Below are positions 59,044-59,075 of a stretch of DNA of 59,075 nucleotides, in pieces (within the stretch, counting starts at the first letter, position 1; every line of letters begins with the position of its first letter). A program made the position numbers and the translations under genes. Source of the stretch: Desulfobacterales bacterium (GTDB lineage Bacteria; Desulfobacterota; Syntrophobacteria; B119-G9); the NCBI GenBank assembly GCA_026983715.1, contig JALSTM010000119.1, forward strand, positions 1-59,075. Direction: 5' to 3'. The notes below the pieces were generated by a model. That model had not been told where the DNA came from and ran no database searches. It saw only the letters and a program-made list of their open reading frames with translations.

Positions 59044-59075
59044 AGGTTATCAATTCTCGCAATTCGTTCACTATT

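Overview
This 59 kb bacterial chromosomal window has housekeeping operons flanked and interrupted by repeat-rich accessory DNA. All calls come from motifs read in the supplied translations and from nucleotide comparison by eye; no searches were run.

Layout:
- 1-4.5 kb: the 3' end of an RHS/YD-repeat toxin gene, then two 'orphan' RHS-core/C-terminal-tip cassettes with small membrane ORFs.
- 4.8-7.5 kb: toxin-antitoxin debris. It holds an intact MNT/HepT pair, an Unstab_antitox-type antitoxin next to a decayed RelE/ParE-like toxin, and IS200/RAYT-like transposase remnants.
- 7.6-17.6 kb (minus strand): rimI, a 1407-aa PPDK-like protein, a long GAPDH paralog, gap, pgk, tpiA, secG and tRNA-Leu(GAG).
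- 17.7-26.4 kb: rsmE, an acidic zinc-ribbon protein, tRNA-Phe, two hybrid sensor kinases and coaE.
- 26.4-37.0 kb (minus strand): an 11-subunit nuoABCDHIJKLMN operon with no nuoEFG, ending in a small NuoE/NuoF-like Fe-S fusion protein.
- 37.5-44.0 kb: an HExxH peptidase and an inositol-3-phosphate synthase / CDP-alcohol phosphatidyltransferase cluster.
- 44.1-54.8 kb: a segment bracketed by two copies of a composite repeat. It carries a CBS protein, a patatin phospholipase, three unrecognisable proteins, an Amidase_3 protein, a PHP phosphoesterase and an MBL hydrolase.
- 55.3-56.8 kb: a second copy of the MNT/HepT flanks. It carries a different MNT and a HepT killed by two nonsense codons.
- 58.1-59.0 kb: a polyprenyl synthase.

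Best candidates for undescribed biology:
- the patatin / unknown / Amidase_3 block;
- the PPDK-like giant protein paired with a GAPDH paralog;
- cassette exchange between conserved TA flanks;
- the RHS orphan array;
- the Nuo-associated NuoE/F mini-protein.
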